A stretch of DNA of 64,000 bases from Octopus sinensis (GCF_006345805.1 NW_021831284.1:1-64000); one strand, 5' to 3'; numbered from the stretch's first letter, positions 14,376-27,515 are shown. Notes: generated by a model from the sequence alone, not told the origin. A program made the numbers and translations.

Positions 14376-16245
14376 TTTATTATATAATCTCAAATAACCC
14401 CATATGCTCACATCTAGGGAACTCCGAAAAATTGCATAAAATATTAGGCAATTCATTTTATAATCTCAAATACCCCAATAACTTAACATCTAGGGACCTT
14501 CCAAAATGCATAATATACTACGCAATTCATAACATAATCTCAAATATCTGAATATCCTCACATCTAGCGACGTATCTAAAATGCATAATATATTACGTAA
14601 TTTATTGCATAATCTCAAGTACCCGCATATGTCACATCTAGGGAGCTTCCAAAATTGCATAAAATATTACGTAATTTATTGAATAATCTCAGGTGCCCTC
14701 ATATGCTCACATCTTGAGACCTCCCAAAATTGCATAATATATTACGTAATTTATTAGATAATCTCAAGTACCTACATATGCTCAAATCTAGGGACCTCCC
14801 AAAATTGCATTAAATATTACGCAATTTATTGCATAATCTCAAATACCTGCATATGCTCACATCTAGGGAGCTCCCAAAATTGCATAAAATATTACGTAAT
14901 TTATTGCATAATCTCAAGTACCCCCATATGCTCAAATTTAGGGACCTCCCAAAATTGCATTAAATATTACGCAATTTATTGCATAATCTCAAATACCTGC
15001 ATATGCTCACATCTAGGGAGCTCCCAAAATTGCATAAAATATTACGTAATTTATTGCATAATCTCAAGTACCCCCATATGCTCACATTTAGAGACATCCC
15101 AAAATTGCATAATATATTACGGAATTTATTACATAATCTCAAATACCCCCATATGCTCACATCTAGGGACTTCCCAACATGAATAATATATAGCGCAATT
15201 TATTACATAATCTCAAGTACCCCCATATGCTCACATTTAGCGACCTCCCAAAATTGAATAAAATATTACGTAATTTATTGTATAATCTCAAATAACCCCA
15301 TATGCTCACATCTAGGGAACTCCGAAAAATTGCATTAAATTTACGCAATTTATTGCATAATCTCAAATACCTGCATATGCTCAAATTTAGGGACTTCTCA
15401 AAATGAAGAATATATTACACAATTTATTACATAATCTCAAGTACCCACATATGCTCACATTTAGCGACCTCCCAAAATTGAATAAAATATTACGTAATTT
15501 ATTGCAAAATCTCACGTACCCCCATATGCTCAAATTTAGGGACTTCTCAAAATGAAGAATATATTACGCAATTTATTACATAATCTCAAGTACCCACATA
15601 TGCTCACGTCTAGGGAGCTCCCAAAATTGCATGAAATATTAAGTAATTTATTGCATAATCTCAAGTACCCCCATATGCTCACATCTAGGGACCTCCCAAA
15701 ATTGCATAATATATTACGGAATTTATTACATAATCTCAAGTACCCATATATGCTCACATCTAGGGACCTCCCAAAATTGCATGAAATATTAAGTAATTTA
15801 TGCATAATCTCAAGTACCCACATATGCTCACATCTAGGGACCTCTCAAAATTGCATAATATATTACGTAATTTATTGCATAATCTCAAGTACCCCCATAT
15901 GCTCACATTACGTACTCCCAAATCGCATAATATATTCGCAATATATTGCATATTCTCAAGTACCTGCATATGTTCACATCTAGGGAGCTTCCAAAATTGC
16001 ATGAAATATTAAGTAATTTATTGCATAATCTCAAGTACCCCCATATGCTCACATCTAGGGACCTCCCAAAATTGCATTAAATATTACGTAATTTATTGCA
16101 AAATCTCACGTACCCCCATATGCTCAAATTTAGGGACTTCTCAAAATGAAGAATATATTACGCAATTTATTACATAATCTCAAGTACCCACATATGCTCA
16201 CGTCTAGGGAGCTCCCAAAATTGCATAAAATATTACGTAATTTAT

Positions 16246-16463
16246 ACAAACAAGACAAAAATTACAGATAGCTAAGTTAGTTAAAGGCCTCACGAGACAC
16301 CCGACCAGCCGCGCGAATGGCGAAGACGTTCCCTCGGATCACAGCAATCAACAGACGTTCCAGGAGCCAAGAAAACTCTCTTGGATCGTGACTAGTCCTT
16401 GAAATCCGTCGACCGAGCGAGCGAAGGAAGCGGAGTGTCTTGGGACCGAAGATCCCGGAGGAG
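16246..16463 (-). mobile_element. CRE-like 3' tip, HOR insert 2
   Basis: Near-identical to insert 1 and at the same position in the monomer. This copy reads in frame: SSGIFGPKTLRFLRSLGRRISRTSHDPREFSWLLERLLIAVIRGNVFAIRAAGRVSREAFN*. Confidence 0.85.
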
Positions 16464-18013
16464 TTTATTATATAATCTCAAATAACCCCATATGCTCACA
16501 TCTAGGGAACTCCGAAAAATTGCATAAAATATTAGGCAATTCATTTTATAATCTCAAATACCCCAATAACTTAACATCTAGGGACCTTCCAAAATGCATA
16601 ATATACTACGCAATTCATAACATAATCTCAAATATCTGAATATCCTCACATCTAGCGACGTATCTAAAATGCATAATATATTACGTAATTTATTGCATAA
16701 TCTCAAGTACCCGCATATGTCACATCTAGGGGCTTCCAAAATTGCATAAAATATTACGTAATTTATTGAATAATCTCAGTGCCTCATATGCTCACATCTT
16801 GAGACCTCCCAAAATTGCATAATATATTACGTAATTTATTGCATAATCTCAAGTACCCGCATATGTCACATCTAGGGAGCTTCCAAAATTGCATAAAATA
16901 TTACGTAATTTATTGAATAATCTCAGGTGCCCTCATATGCTCACATCTTGGGACCTCCCAAAATTGCATAATATATTACGTAATTTATTGCATAATCTCA
17001 AGTACCTGCATATGCTCACATCTAGAGAGCTTCCAAATTTGCATAAAATATTACGTAATTTATTGCATAATCTCAAGTACCCCCATATGCTCACATCTAG
17101 GGAGCTCCCAAAATTGCATAAAATATTACGTAATTTATTGCATAATCTCAAGTACCCCCATATGCTCAAATTTGGACCCTCCAAAATTGCATTAAATATT
17201 ACGCAATTTATGCATAATCTCAAGTACCCACAATGCTCACGTCTAGGGAGCTCCCAAAATGCATGAAATATTAAGTAATTTATATGCATAATCTCAAGTA
17301 CCCCCATATGCTCACATCTAGGGACCTCCCAAAATTGCATAATTATTACGGAATTTATTACATAATCTCAAGTACCCATATTGCTCATTTACTTTGGGAC
17401 CCTCGAAAAAAATGCATGAAATATATAAGTAATTTATTGCATAATCTCAAGTACCCACATATGCTCACATCTAGGGACTCTCAAAATTGCATAATATATT
17501 ACGTAATTATTGCATAATCTCAAGTACCCCCATATGCTCACATTTAAGGACCTCCCAAAATTGCATAATATATTACGGAATTTATTACATAATCTCAAGT
17601 ACCCACATATGCTCACATCTAGGGACCTCTCAAAATTGATATATATAGCGCATTTATACATAATCTCAAGTACCCACATATGCTCACATTTAGTACTCCA
17701 AATCGCATAATATATTCGCAATATATTGCATATTCTCAAGTACCTGCATATGTTCACATCTAGGGAGCTTCCAAAATTGCATGAATATTAAGTAATTTAT
17801 TGCATAATCTCAAGTACACCCCATATGCTCACATCTAGGGACTCCCCAAAATTGCATTAAAATTACGTAATTATTTAAATCTCACGTACCCCCATATGCT
17901 CAAATTAGGGACTTCTCAAAATGAAGAATATATTACGCAATTTATTATAATTTCAAGTACCCCACATTGCTCACATTAGGGAGACTCCCAAAATGCATAA
18001 ATATTACGTAAAT

Positions 18014-18226
18014 ACAAACAGACAAAATTACAGATGCTAAGTTAGTTAAAGGCCTCACGAGACACCCGACCAGCCGCGCGAATGGCGAAGACGACTCGGA
18101 TCACAGCAATCAACAGACGTTCCAGGAGCCAAGAAAACTCTCTGGATACGTGAATAGTCCTTGAAATCCGTCGACCGAGCGAGCGAAGGAAGCGGAGTGT
18201 CTTGGTGACCGAAGATCACGGAGGAG
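18014..18226 (-). mobile_element. CRE-like 3' tip, HOR insert 3
   Basis: Same sequence and flanks as insert 1, with small indels. Confidence 0.8.
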
Positions 18227-19916
18227 TTTATTATTAATCTCAATAAACCCCATATGCTCACATCTAGGGAACTCCGAAAAATTATAAAATATTAGGCAAT
18301 TCATTTATAATCTCAAATACCCAATAACTTAACATCTAGGGACCTTCCAAAATGCATAAAATATACTACCGAATTCATACATAATCTCAAATATCTGAAT
18401 ATCCTCACATCTAGCGAGTATCTAAAATGCATAATATTTACGTAATTTATTGCATAATCTCAAGTACCCGCATATGTCACATCTAGGGAGCTTCCAAAAT
18501 TGCATAAAATATTACGTAATTTATTGAATAATCTCAGGTGCCCTCATATGCTCACATCTTGAGACCTCCCAAAATTGCATAATATATTACGTAATTTATT
18601 GCATAATCTCAAGTACCTGCATATGCTCACATCTAGGGAGCTCCCAAAATTGCATAAAATATTACGTAATTTATTGCATAATCTCAGGTGCCCTCATATG
18701 CTCACATCTTGGGACCTCCCAAAATTGCATAATATATTACGTAATTTATTGCATAATCTCAAGTACCTGCATATGCTCACATCTAGAGAGCTTCCAAATT
18801 TGCATAAAATATTACGTAATTTATTGCATAATCCAAGACCCCCATATGCTCAAATTTAGGGACCTCCCAAAATGCATTAAATATTACGCAATTTATTGCA
18901 TAATCTCAAGTACCCACATATGCTCACGTCTAGGGAGCTCCAAAATTGCATGAAATATTAAGTAATTTATTGCAGATCTCAAGTACCCCATATGCTCACA
19001 TCAGGACCTCCCCAAATTGCATATATATTTACGGAATTATTATCAATCTCAAGTACCCATATATGCTCACATCTAGGGACCTCCCAAAATGCATGAAATT
19101 TAAGTAATTTATTGCATAATCTCAAGTACCCACATATGCTCACATCTAGGGACCTCTCAAAATTGCATAAATATTACGTAATTTATTGCATAATCTCAAG
19201 TACCCCCATATGCTCACATTTCGTACCCCCCAAAATCGCATAAATATTCGCAATATCCATTGCATATTTCAAGTACCTGCATATGTTCACATCTAGGGAG
19301 CTTCCAAAATTGCATGAATATTAAGTAATTTATTGCATAATCTCAGTACCCCATATGCTCACATCTAGGGACCTCCCCAAATTGCATAAAATCTTACGTA
19401 ATTTATTGCATAATCTCAAACTACCCCATATGCTCACATCTAGGGAATCCCAAAATTGCATAATATATTACGGAATTTATTAACATAATCTCAAGTACCC
19501 ACATATGCTCACTCTAGGACCTCTCCAAAATTGCATAATATATAGCGCAATTTATTAATAATCTCAAGACCCCCATATGCTCACATTTACGTACTCCCAA
19601 AATCGCATAATATATTCGCAATATATGATATTATCAAGTACCTGCATATTTCACACATTAGGGAGCTTCCAAAATTGCATGAAATATTAAGTAATTTATT
19701 GCATAATCTCAAGTACCCCCATATGCTCACATCTAGGGACCTCCCAAAATTGCATTAAATATTACGTAATTTATTGCAAAATCTCACGTACCCCCATATG
19801 CTCAAATAGGGACTTCTCAAAATGAAGAATATATTACGCAATTTTTACATAATCTCAAGTACCCCCCTATGCTAAGTCTAGGGAGCTCCAAAATTGATAA
19901 AATATTACGTAATTAT

Positions 19917-20121
19917 AAAACAAGACAAAATTACAGATAGTTAAGTAGTTAAAGGCCTCACGAGGACACCCGACGCCGCGCGAATGGCGAAGACGTTCCT
20001 GGCACAGCAATCAAAGACGTTCCAGGAGCCAGAAAAACTCTCTTGGATCGTGGTAGTCCTTGAAATCCGTCGAAGACAGCGAAGGAAGCGGAGTGTCTTG
20101 GGACCGAAGATCCCGAGGGAG
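19917..20121 (-). mobile_element. CRE-like 3' tip, HOR insert 4
   Basis: Same sequence and flanks as insert 1, with small deletions. Confidence 0.8.
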
Positions 20122-22135
20122 TTTATTATATAATCTCAAATAACCCCATATGCTCACATCTAGGGACTCGAAAAATGCATAAAATATTAGGCAATTCATT
20201 TTATAATCTCAAATACCCCAATAACTTAACATCTAGGGACCTTCCAAAATGCATAATATACTACGCAATTCATAACATAATCTCAAATATCTGAATATCC
20301 TCACATCTAGCGACGTATCTAAAATGCATAATATATTACGTAATTTATTGCATAATCTCAAGTACCCGCATATGTCACATCTAGGGAGCTTCCAAAATTG
20401 CATAAAATATTACGTAATTTATTAATAATCTCAGGTGCCCTCAATGCTCACATCTTGAGACCTCCCAAAATTGCATAAATATTACGTAATTTATGCATAA
20501 TCTCAAGTACCTGCCTATGTCACATCTAGAGAGTTCCAAATTTGCATAAAATATTACGTAATTTATTGCATAATCTCAAGTACCCCCATATGCTCACATC
20601 TAGGGACTTCCCAAAATGAATAATATAATACGCAAATTATTAGATAATCTCAAGTACCTACATATGCTCAAATCTAGGGACCTCCCAAAATTGCATTAAA
20701 TATTACGCAATTTATTGCATAATCTCAAATACCTGCATATGCTCACATCTAGGGAGCTCCCAAAATTGCATAAAATATTACGTAATTTATTGCATAATCT
20801 CAAGTACCCCCATATGCTCAAATTTAGGGACCTCCCAAAATTGCATTAAATATTACGCAATTTATTGCATAATCTCAAATACCTGCATATGCTCACATCT
20901 AGGGAGCTCCCAAAATTGCATAAAATATTACGTAATTTATTGCATAATCTCAAGTACCCCCATATGCTCACATTTAGAGACATCCCAAAATTGCATAATA
21001 TATTACGCAATTGATTGCATAATCTCAAGTACCTGCATATGCTCACATCTAGGGAGCTCCCAAAATTGCATAATATATTACGTAATTTATTGCATAATCT
21101 CAAGTACCCGCATATGTACACATCTAGACACCTCCCAAAATTGCATAATATATTACGGAATTTATTATATAATCTCAAGTACCCCTTATGCTCACATCTA
21201 GGGAGCTCCAAAATTGCATAAAATATTACGTAATTTATTGCATAATCTCAAGTACCCCCATATGTACACATCTAGGGACCTCCCAAAATTGCATAATATA
21301 TTACGTAATTTATTGCATAATCTCAAGTACCCACATATGCTCACATCTAGGGACCTCCCAAAATTGCATAATATATTACGTAATTTATTACATAATCTCA
21401 AGTACCCACATATGCTCACATTTAGCGACCTCCCAAAATTGCATAATATATTCGCAATATATTGCATAATCTCAAGTACCTGCATATGTTCACATCTAGG
21501 GAGCTTCCAAAATTGCATGAAATATTAAGTAATTTATTGCATAATCTCAAGTACCCCCATATGCTCACATCTAGGGACCTCCCAAAATTGCATAATATAT
21601 TACGGAATTTAATAATTTCAAGTACCTGCATATGCTCACATCTAGGGAGCTCCCAAAATTGCATAAAATATTACGTAATTTATTGCATAATCTCAAGTAC
21701 CCCCATATGCTCACATCTAGGAACTTCCCAATTTGATACATTGATTTTTGAAGATGACATTTTAAGTTTGTAATTAACAAATTGACTTGAAAATGGTATA
21801 GATCTGTGCCTTCGATAGAACTATCGACTTTATTGGTTGAGTCTTTATTGCTGTTTGTTCGATTGCTCCCTTTGTGGTAGTTGCGCATCGTGATTTCTCC
21901 CCAGTGCCATAAATGTCAGCGTGAAGAGTTCACTTAAACACAGGTAAACGGCGAGGTTAAAACCAATTGCGAAGAAATGAAAATCCAAAATAAACCAAGT
22001 TCAAACCAAATTTGCGAAAAAATCTCTGGAGTAGATAGTAAAAATTGACACGACCAATTAATACGGGCTGTATTTAGATTGTTTAACATTTACTGCGATA
22101 TTTAGGTATATATTTTTTAATAAATAATTTAAAAA

Positions 22136-25100
22136 CTTTTTCTTTTTTTTTTTTTTGCAATTAAATTTTTTTTTTTTTCAAAAAAGGATTAAATTTAATT
22201 GTCCCGTAAACTAAGAAAAAAGTAAGCAATTTGGTGGCTAAGGGAATTGTCGAGGGCCTGAGGGTCAGCTCAACGATGCCGCGCTGCGTATTGAGTGGCA
22301 GTTTCCGCGGAGCACAGCAACCGAGATTCGCTGGAACAGCCAGCTCGTCTCCCTCCGGTCGTTTGTTTTTGTGGAGATTTTTCTACCAATGGCGGTGAGG
22401 AGTTGAGTCGCAGCCTTTCCGACGATTCCAGAGGTTTCGAAGGCGAGGGGGGCAAACTCAAAAGCGTCCGAAATACACCGGTATTTCGTCATCTTTGTCT
22501 CTTCAGCCACGCACTGGCGGAACCCGGGTTTGCGACAGTCCTGGGAAGCATTGTCGCCGAAAAAGAGTCGACACACGTGGCATCCCAAACCAGGGACTTG
22601 CCTTCCCTAAAAGGAAAGGTCGTCATCCCGTCGGGCGCTTGCCGTCGCTCCGGGAAAGGCCGACTGGCTCTAGGGTGGAAGGGAAACCAGCCGACTCTAG
22701 AGCCCTCCTCACAACGTCATTCAGATAAGTGTGACGGGGAATTCTCCCGGCACTCTTCTTACACGACAAGGCGTGCAAGCCGTTTGACGAAATTGAGGAC
22801 CCGCACCGGCAAGGGTGGCTGGCAGATGTCCAAACCCAATCGTAAGCTGATCCCAATCCGCAAGGATTCGTCGTCCAGTAGTAACCCCGTACTAGGAGTG
22901 GGGAGAGCTTTGAGCCAGTCACCCGTGTGCGGCTGACAGGCGCAGTTAAGGGTGGCCAGCTGGAGTTGGTCCGACTTGGAGCGAAGTTTTCGTAATGTGT
23001 TCAAGCAGAGAATTTCGTCCCAGCCCTTTTGAACTGAAGGGATCGTGGGAAAATCAAGGTCGAGTGAGCACCACGTACGGCATGCAGATGAGAATTCCGA
23101 GAGCTCATTAAGTTCGAGAGAGGGAAGTAGAACTGAGCAAACGGAATTCCTGGAGGCCGACATGGATGAGAGATAGCAGGGTAGGGCCAGGTCCGCACAA
23201 GGGCGGATCCCGATCCCCCCGAAGCGAGTTGGTAAACTGGCACGGGTAAAACCGTCACCAGTGAACCTCAAATTGAGGTGGAATGTTAGCGATTGGTGGA
23301 CAAGATTATCGATTCTGGATAATGAGTCTGTGGCAGCGAAACACGGGGAGGAACGGAGAATATAGGTCAGTCTGGGACGAAAAGAAAGTTCTTCAACAAG
23401 AAAAACGCAAGATGCGAGCCAAGCCCACGGATCCGATCAGTGAGTAGTTTAATTTCGTCCCATTTAGACGATAAGGAATTTTCTATGCCAACAGCGGAAA
23501 TTGGAGAGCCCAAGATAACTAGATCGCTGGTGGGCGTTAGCCTTAACCCAACGATCAGGCTGCTGAGAGAGGAGAATGTGTTGCGGAGAGCGGCGGGGGC
23601 AAGAGAAATGTTTACGAGTTCGCATTTTTCGCCGTTAAGAGATAGTCCGATCTTGGAGAAACCGGAAGTGATTCTCTTAACGTCTTCCATAACGACCTCT
23701 GTAGGTCCACCAATCGTCACGTCGTCCAGGTACCAGAAGTTAACAGTGGAAGAAAGGTTCCGTGCAATGTGGTCAACAGAGAGGGCAAACAGCAATGGCC
23801 CAGTGGGTCACCCTGCTGAATGCCGCATTCTGACATGATGATCTGATCATGGATCAGAAGGCAGCTTGGGGCAGAGTATGCCAGCTTTACAATTGGGAAG
23901 AGAACGGGGCAACGTGCCGAGAACCACTTCGAGCAGATGGTCCCGGCGGACGCAGTTGAATGCGTTGCTGACGTCCAGCTTCACGATGAACTTGCAGTCT
24001 TCTGACTTTGACTGGACAAGTTGGCGAGTGCCGTGCGCGAGAATTTCGCAGGCACCTTGGACGCCGACACCGTACTGGAAAGGGAGAACTCCAGACTCAA
24101 GGGGGGAACCACCCTGCGGGACATTATCTTGGCCGAGAGTCTCCTGAAAACGTTACCGACCGCAATGGGCCTCACGCCACCATCGGCTTTCGACAGGGCA
24201 ATGAGGCCAGCAGAGAAAAGAAGATCTCTGGCGACGGTTGGAATCTCGCCCGAGACAATGTGCGAACAAAGACGAGTGACAGAAGATAGCAGGTCTTTTC
24301 CGGATTCGTGGGTCAATGGGCTCAGGAAATCGCGTAGGTGGATGGGCTTTACACCGTCTATCCCGCCGCTGCTACTGGGCGCAAAAGACCCGAGAGCGGC
24401 CGAACCTCAGACGAGGTTATCGGGTTGGACGGAGCCGAAACTAACGTCGGTGTTGCACGGAGGTCGGTGGGAGCTTGGGGGTGTTTGCTGCGGAGTTGAT
24501 TCAGGACAGCATCACACCGAGGAGCCACAGAGGAGTTGGATGAAATTGCGCGCACTGCTCCAGAGATATCGCCCTGGAGGAGTTTGCTTCGGACTGCCCG
24601 GGAAAAGCGCAATTCTGCGAGACAGGGCCGTTTTGAGGGTGCCTCCTTACAAGGGGGCGTAAGAGAGACAGACAGCTAATCAGAGTTGAACTCTGAGTGG
24701 ACGTAAGATGTACAACGGTCCTTAATCCGCTGGGCAGAAGAAACGTGATTAGCAGCGCATGAGGCATGGGAGAAGAATTGAGGCAAACGGGAAAGAAAGA
24801 GAACAGCTTGAACCAAGGGTCAGGAGCGCTGGAAGCCAGCGCCTGGTCGATCAAGGCTGCGAGGGACTTGGCCACAGTGGGTCTGGCCGATTTTGGAATC
24901 CTTACTGGGATGAATGATTCGCTTCGGAAAGCAGATAAGGATTTGAGGAATTGAGAAGGGGTAAAATGGCTCCCGGGAATTGGGGATATGCGTTTGGGTA
25001 GACCAAGGCAACTCGGGCACTTCCAGCATTGGATAACGGCCGAGCTGGCCCTGGAGAGCCCGACGCAGGATAGATGGAAGTACAGATCGCAAGAGGAGCA

Positions 25101-25400
25101 CAAGCGGCCCTTCATGCGGGACTTGGATGATTTACAAGAGGAACAAGTTGCCATGTAAAGAATGATGCAATAAAGCGAAAGAAAAAGGAAAAGGAACGAT
25201 TAATAGAATGATAACGACAGGATAGATTAATAGATGATAGAATAATGAAATGATAACAAAAATAATGTATAATTGAATAGCAAATAACGAATGAACAAAT
25301 GAATACAGAAAGTACACCACAACAACAACACGCGCGCGTGAAAATCAAGAATAAGCTAGCTATTAAGCATCGGCTCGCAGGATTGAGAGACAATTCCCGC
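22136..25400 (-). mobile_element. Near full-length CRE-clade (RLE-type) non-LTR retrotransposon with N-terminal PHD finger
   Basis: One frameshifted ORF at 25154-22265 reads PHD finger, RIPKSAR, KLLQGDISGAVRAI..LRSKHP, RT (GGVRPIAVGNVFRRL, WYLDD), and RLE ([38 protein letters not shown]). Poly(A) tracts lie at ~22141-22179. The 5' boundary is approximate. Confidence 0.88.
22265..25154 (-). pseudogene. PHD-RT-RLE polyprotein of the CRE-like element (~960 codons, several frameshifts)
   Basis: Overlapping ORF pieces 24501-25154, 24358-24612, 23981-24316, 23367-23795, 22759-23271, 22623-22922 and 22265-22588 tile one protein. The pattern C4-C7-C19-C22-H27-C30-C46-C49 is C4HC3. Confidence 0.85.
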
Positions 25401-25688
25401 GTAAAACAGAACGGAGGTCTGGGCCCCCGTTCCAGTTTTGATTTGGCTTTTCCTGCCTTTCTTTGGCGTTAAATCATATCTCCTTATCCAAAAGATTCTG
25501 GAAAAAACTATGTCACCGGTTTTATAGCCCACCGGGCTGGATAACTCACCATTGAAAAAACTACCAAAAAAATATAAATATAATCTAAAAATCATCTGAA
25601 AATATAATTAACTTTGATTTTCTTCTTTTTTATTTGTTTTTATATATCTGCCTGTTGCATAAATCACACATCATTCATTTGTGCTTTA

Positions 25689-26640
25689 TTATTATTTTTA
25701 TTAAAGCAATCTCGCGGAATCAAAAAGTTAATTAAGATTCCACTTTTGCAATCCGACTCAGGATACGCTCTGTTAGTCGTATCCACGCTCCCCTGTTACG
25801 TGCGAGGTATCTCAGTTCGTCCAGATAATCGGCCGATTTCAGTTTCCTTCCAATCGACGTGAGATCATGGTCGAGCGTATTCGGTAATGTTGTTCTTTGT
25901 CGGCCCCTATATGCCGTTTTATTTAATGAGCAGAAGTAGGATTCCATGTTCTGATTGGCCGGCGTCATTTCCGAGGCTCTTAGGACATGTCCAAAGAGCA
26001 TCCACTTCGTGAACATCACTTTCTTTGCAATCTCGGATGTATGGGTGATTCTGTAGAGTTCATTATTGGTCATCTATTTTGGCCAGTGAATTCTCAGGAG
26101 TAGTCGTAGTTGTTTTCTGTGGAAAGAGTTGAGCTGCTGCAGTTCTTTAGCGGTTAGGCCCCAGGTCCCCGCGTTGTAAAGCAAGATTGGTTCGACAAAG
26201 GAGTTGTACAGCCGAATTCGAAGGCGGGTTCCTATGTACTTGCGCCTCATCCAGATCGTCCACATTTTTTTGAAGGATGCAACAGCCAGCACTTTCCTTC
26301 GAATAACGTCCTCCGAGTCCCCAAGGAGAGATCCAACTTTCTTGCATGTTCTCCACTTCTCCTCGTTTCTCGTCCCCAGGCGGGATATGGTAGTTCTTTC
26401 CGTTTTGTCCGGGTTTATTACAAGGGACCAGTCCTTCAACGAATGAGAGATCACTTTTAATAAGTTTTCCAGTGAGTCCTGATCTCGGGAGACGAAATCA
26501 ATATTGTCGGCGTAAATTACTTCCATCACGTTGGTAAAGCATTTATTCCTCCGAAGAGGTCTTAGGGCTGCCTCCAGGTAGATTATGAATAGAACCGGAG
26601 ATAACGAGTCGCCCTGAGGTACGCCAGTGTCGGTTTTAAA
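25689..26640 (-). mobile_element. 5'-truncated RTE-clade LINE
   Basis: Motifs GVPQGDSLSPVLF, YADN (degenerate YADD), FGHVLR, GRQRTT and ARNRGAW. Short TAA-rich tail. 13-bp TSD CATTTGTGCTTTA at 25676-25688 and 26641-26653. Confidence 0.9.
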
Positions 26641-26748
26641 CATTTGTGCTTTACATTTTAAAAATAAATAAAATTTTATTGGGAGTCAATTTAATGGGAG
26701 TCAATAAAAAATAAGAATTAATTCATTTAAAAAAAATCACAATTTTAA

Positions 26749-27228
26749 TCAAATTTTTTTTAATCTACTTAAATGCACGTTTAATACTGTTTCTCCATTA
26801 TCTTTATTAATAGTACACGTAGTTTCAAATTTTTCTGAAACTGTGTACTTATTTATATCCAGTTCGTCATATAATGGGTATCTACGGTTACCAGGGTTAT
26901 CATCCCTGTCGTGTTTCAGCAGCACTGTATCTCCAATTTCAATGTCTTCTGCGTCATATTTCCACTTACGACGTTTTTTCATTTTCTCTCCAGCTTTAAC
27001 AAGGTTTTCATGCACTTGTTTCTCAGTTCTTTTATCGTCATTTTCAAAATAATTCGAATTTGACTCATCATTGAGTTCTGCATTTGTTCCGTCGAACATT
27101 AACAATGCATTTATTTGATCTTCTGTTCTCTCCGAATCTCTTTTATCCTCCATAAAAATTTTGAAGGGCGCCCATTTCGTAGTTTCATGTTGTGTAGAGT
27201 TATATTTGTATACAATCTTAATAATAAA
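26749..27228 (-). pseudogene. C-terminal part of the transposon 1 integrase
   Basis: Reads IVYKYNSTQHETTKWAPFKIFM ... IGDTVLLKHDRDDNPGNRRYPLYD ... VHLSRLKKI*. The tail matches transposon 2 (HDIDANPNNRKYPLYD...VHKSRIKK). Confidence 0.78.
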
Positions 27229-27274
27229 ATGGTATGGTGTGTGTCTGTCTGTGTGTGCACACCAACTTCAAATT

Positions 27275-27515
27275 GGCAAAATGAACAACTACGATGTCCT
27301 CGACTTACATGATGAGGTCCTTAAAACCTTCCCCCCAAAAAAAATTAAAAAAAATGTTCTGCATTTTGGTTAAAATGAACAACTACGATGTCCTCGACTT
27401 ACATGATGAGGTCCTTAAAACCTTCCCCCCCAAAAAATTTAAAAAAAATTTCTGCATTTTGGTTAAAATGAACAACGTTAATGTCCTCGACATTCATGAT
27501 GAGGTCCATTAAAAC
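27275..27515. repeat. ~94-bp tandem repeat, ~2.5 copies
   Basis: AAAATGAACAAC...GTCCTCGAC.T.CATGATGAGGTCC recurs, with its ATG at 27281, 27375 and 27468. Confidence 0.85.

Larger units (their letters stand above)
12999..21730. repeat. Tandem satellite array, 75-bp monomer with higher-order structure
   Basis: Monomer is approximately AAAATTGCATAAAATATTACGTAATTTATTGCATAATCTCAAGTACCCCCATATGCTCACATCTAGGGACCTCCC. The ORF track shows a 25-aa period (75 nt). Diagnostic variant monomers recur in order. Confidence 0.97.

Noticed and set aside
12999-21730. CRISPR-like array (repeats with interspersed inserts)
   Set aside because: The monomers are contiguous with no unique spacers, the four inserts are copies of one retrotransposon tail, there are no cas genes, and the context is eukaryotic.
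12999-21730. Spliced-leader RNA gene array (minus strand has an Sm-like AATTTTGG and a GTGAG; CRE elements target SL arrays in trypanosomes)
   Set aside because: 75-bp units leave no room for a promoter or terminator, and such motifs are common in AT-rich DNA. It would be revived only if mRNA 5' ends carried part of the monomer.
12999-21730. Telomere-derived repeat (one CTAGGG or TTAGGG per monomer)
   Set aside because: There is only a single hexamer per 75 bp, no tandem telomeric tract, and the CRE insert is not at the hexamer.
12944-21888. Satellite ORFs called as protein-coding genes
   Set aside because: They are periodic translations of the monomer on both strands, broken at variant monomers, with no gene structure.
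21740-22130. Unique sequence between the satellite and the CRE element as a gene fragment
   Set aside because: Only short ORFs without recognisable motifs.
22265-25154. Programmed frameshifting in the CRE and LINE ORFs
   Set aside because: There are multiple shifts at non-conserved positions, and similar indels occur in ITPR copy A and the satellite. Decay or consensus error is the simpler explanation.
25405-25445. Hairpin (GAACGG...CCGTTC) near the CRE 5' end as a self-cleaving ribozyme
   Set aside because: Only one short stem is visible; the nested pseudoknot of HDV-like ribozymes could not be assembled by eye.
9279-26643. RT genes as bacterial retrons, group II introns or diversity-generating retroelements
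   Set aside because: They are linked to APE or RLE domains and have TSDs and 3' tails, which identifies them as eukaryotic non-LTR retrotransposons.
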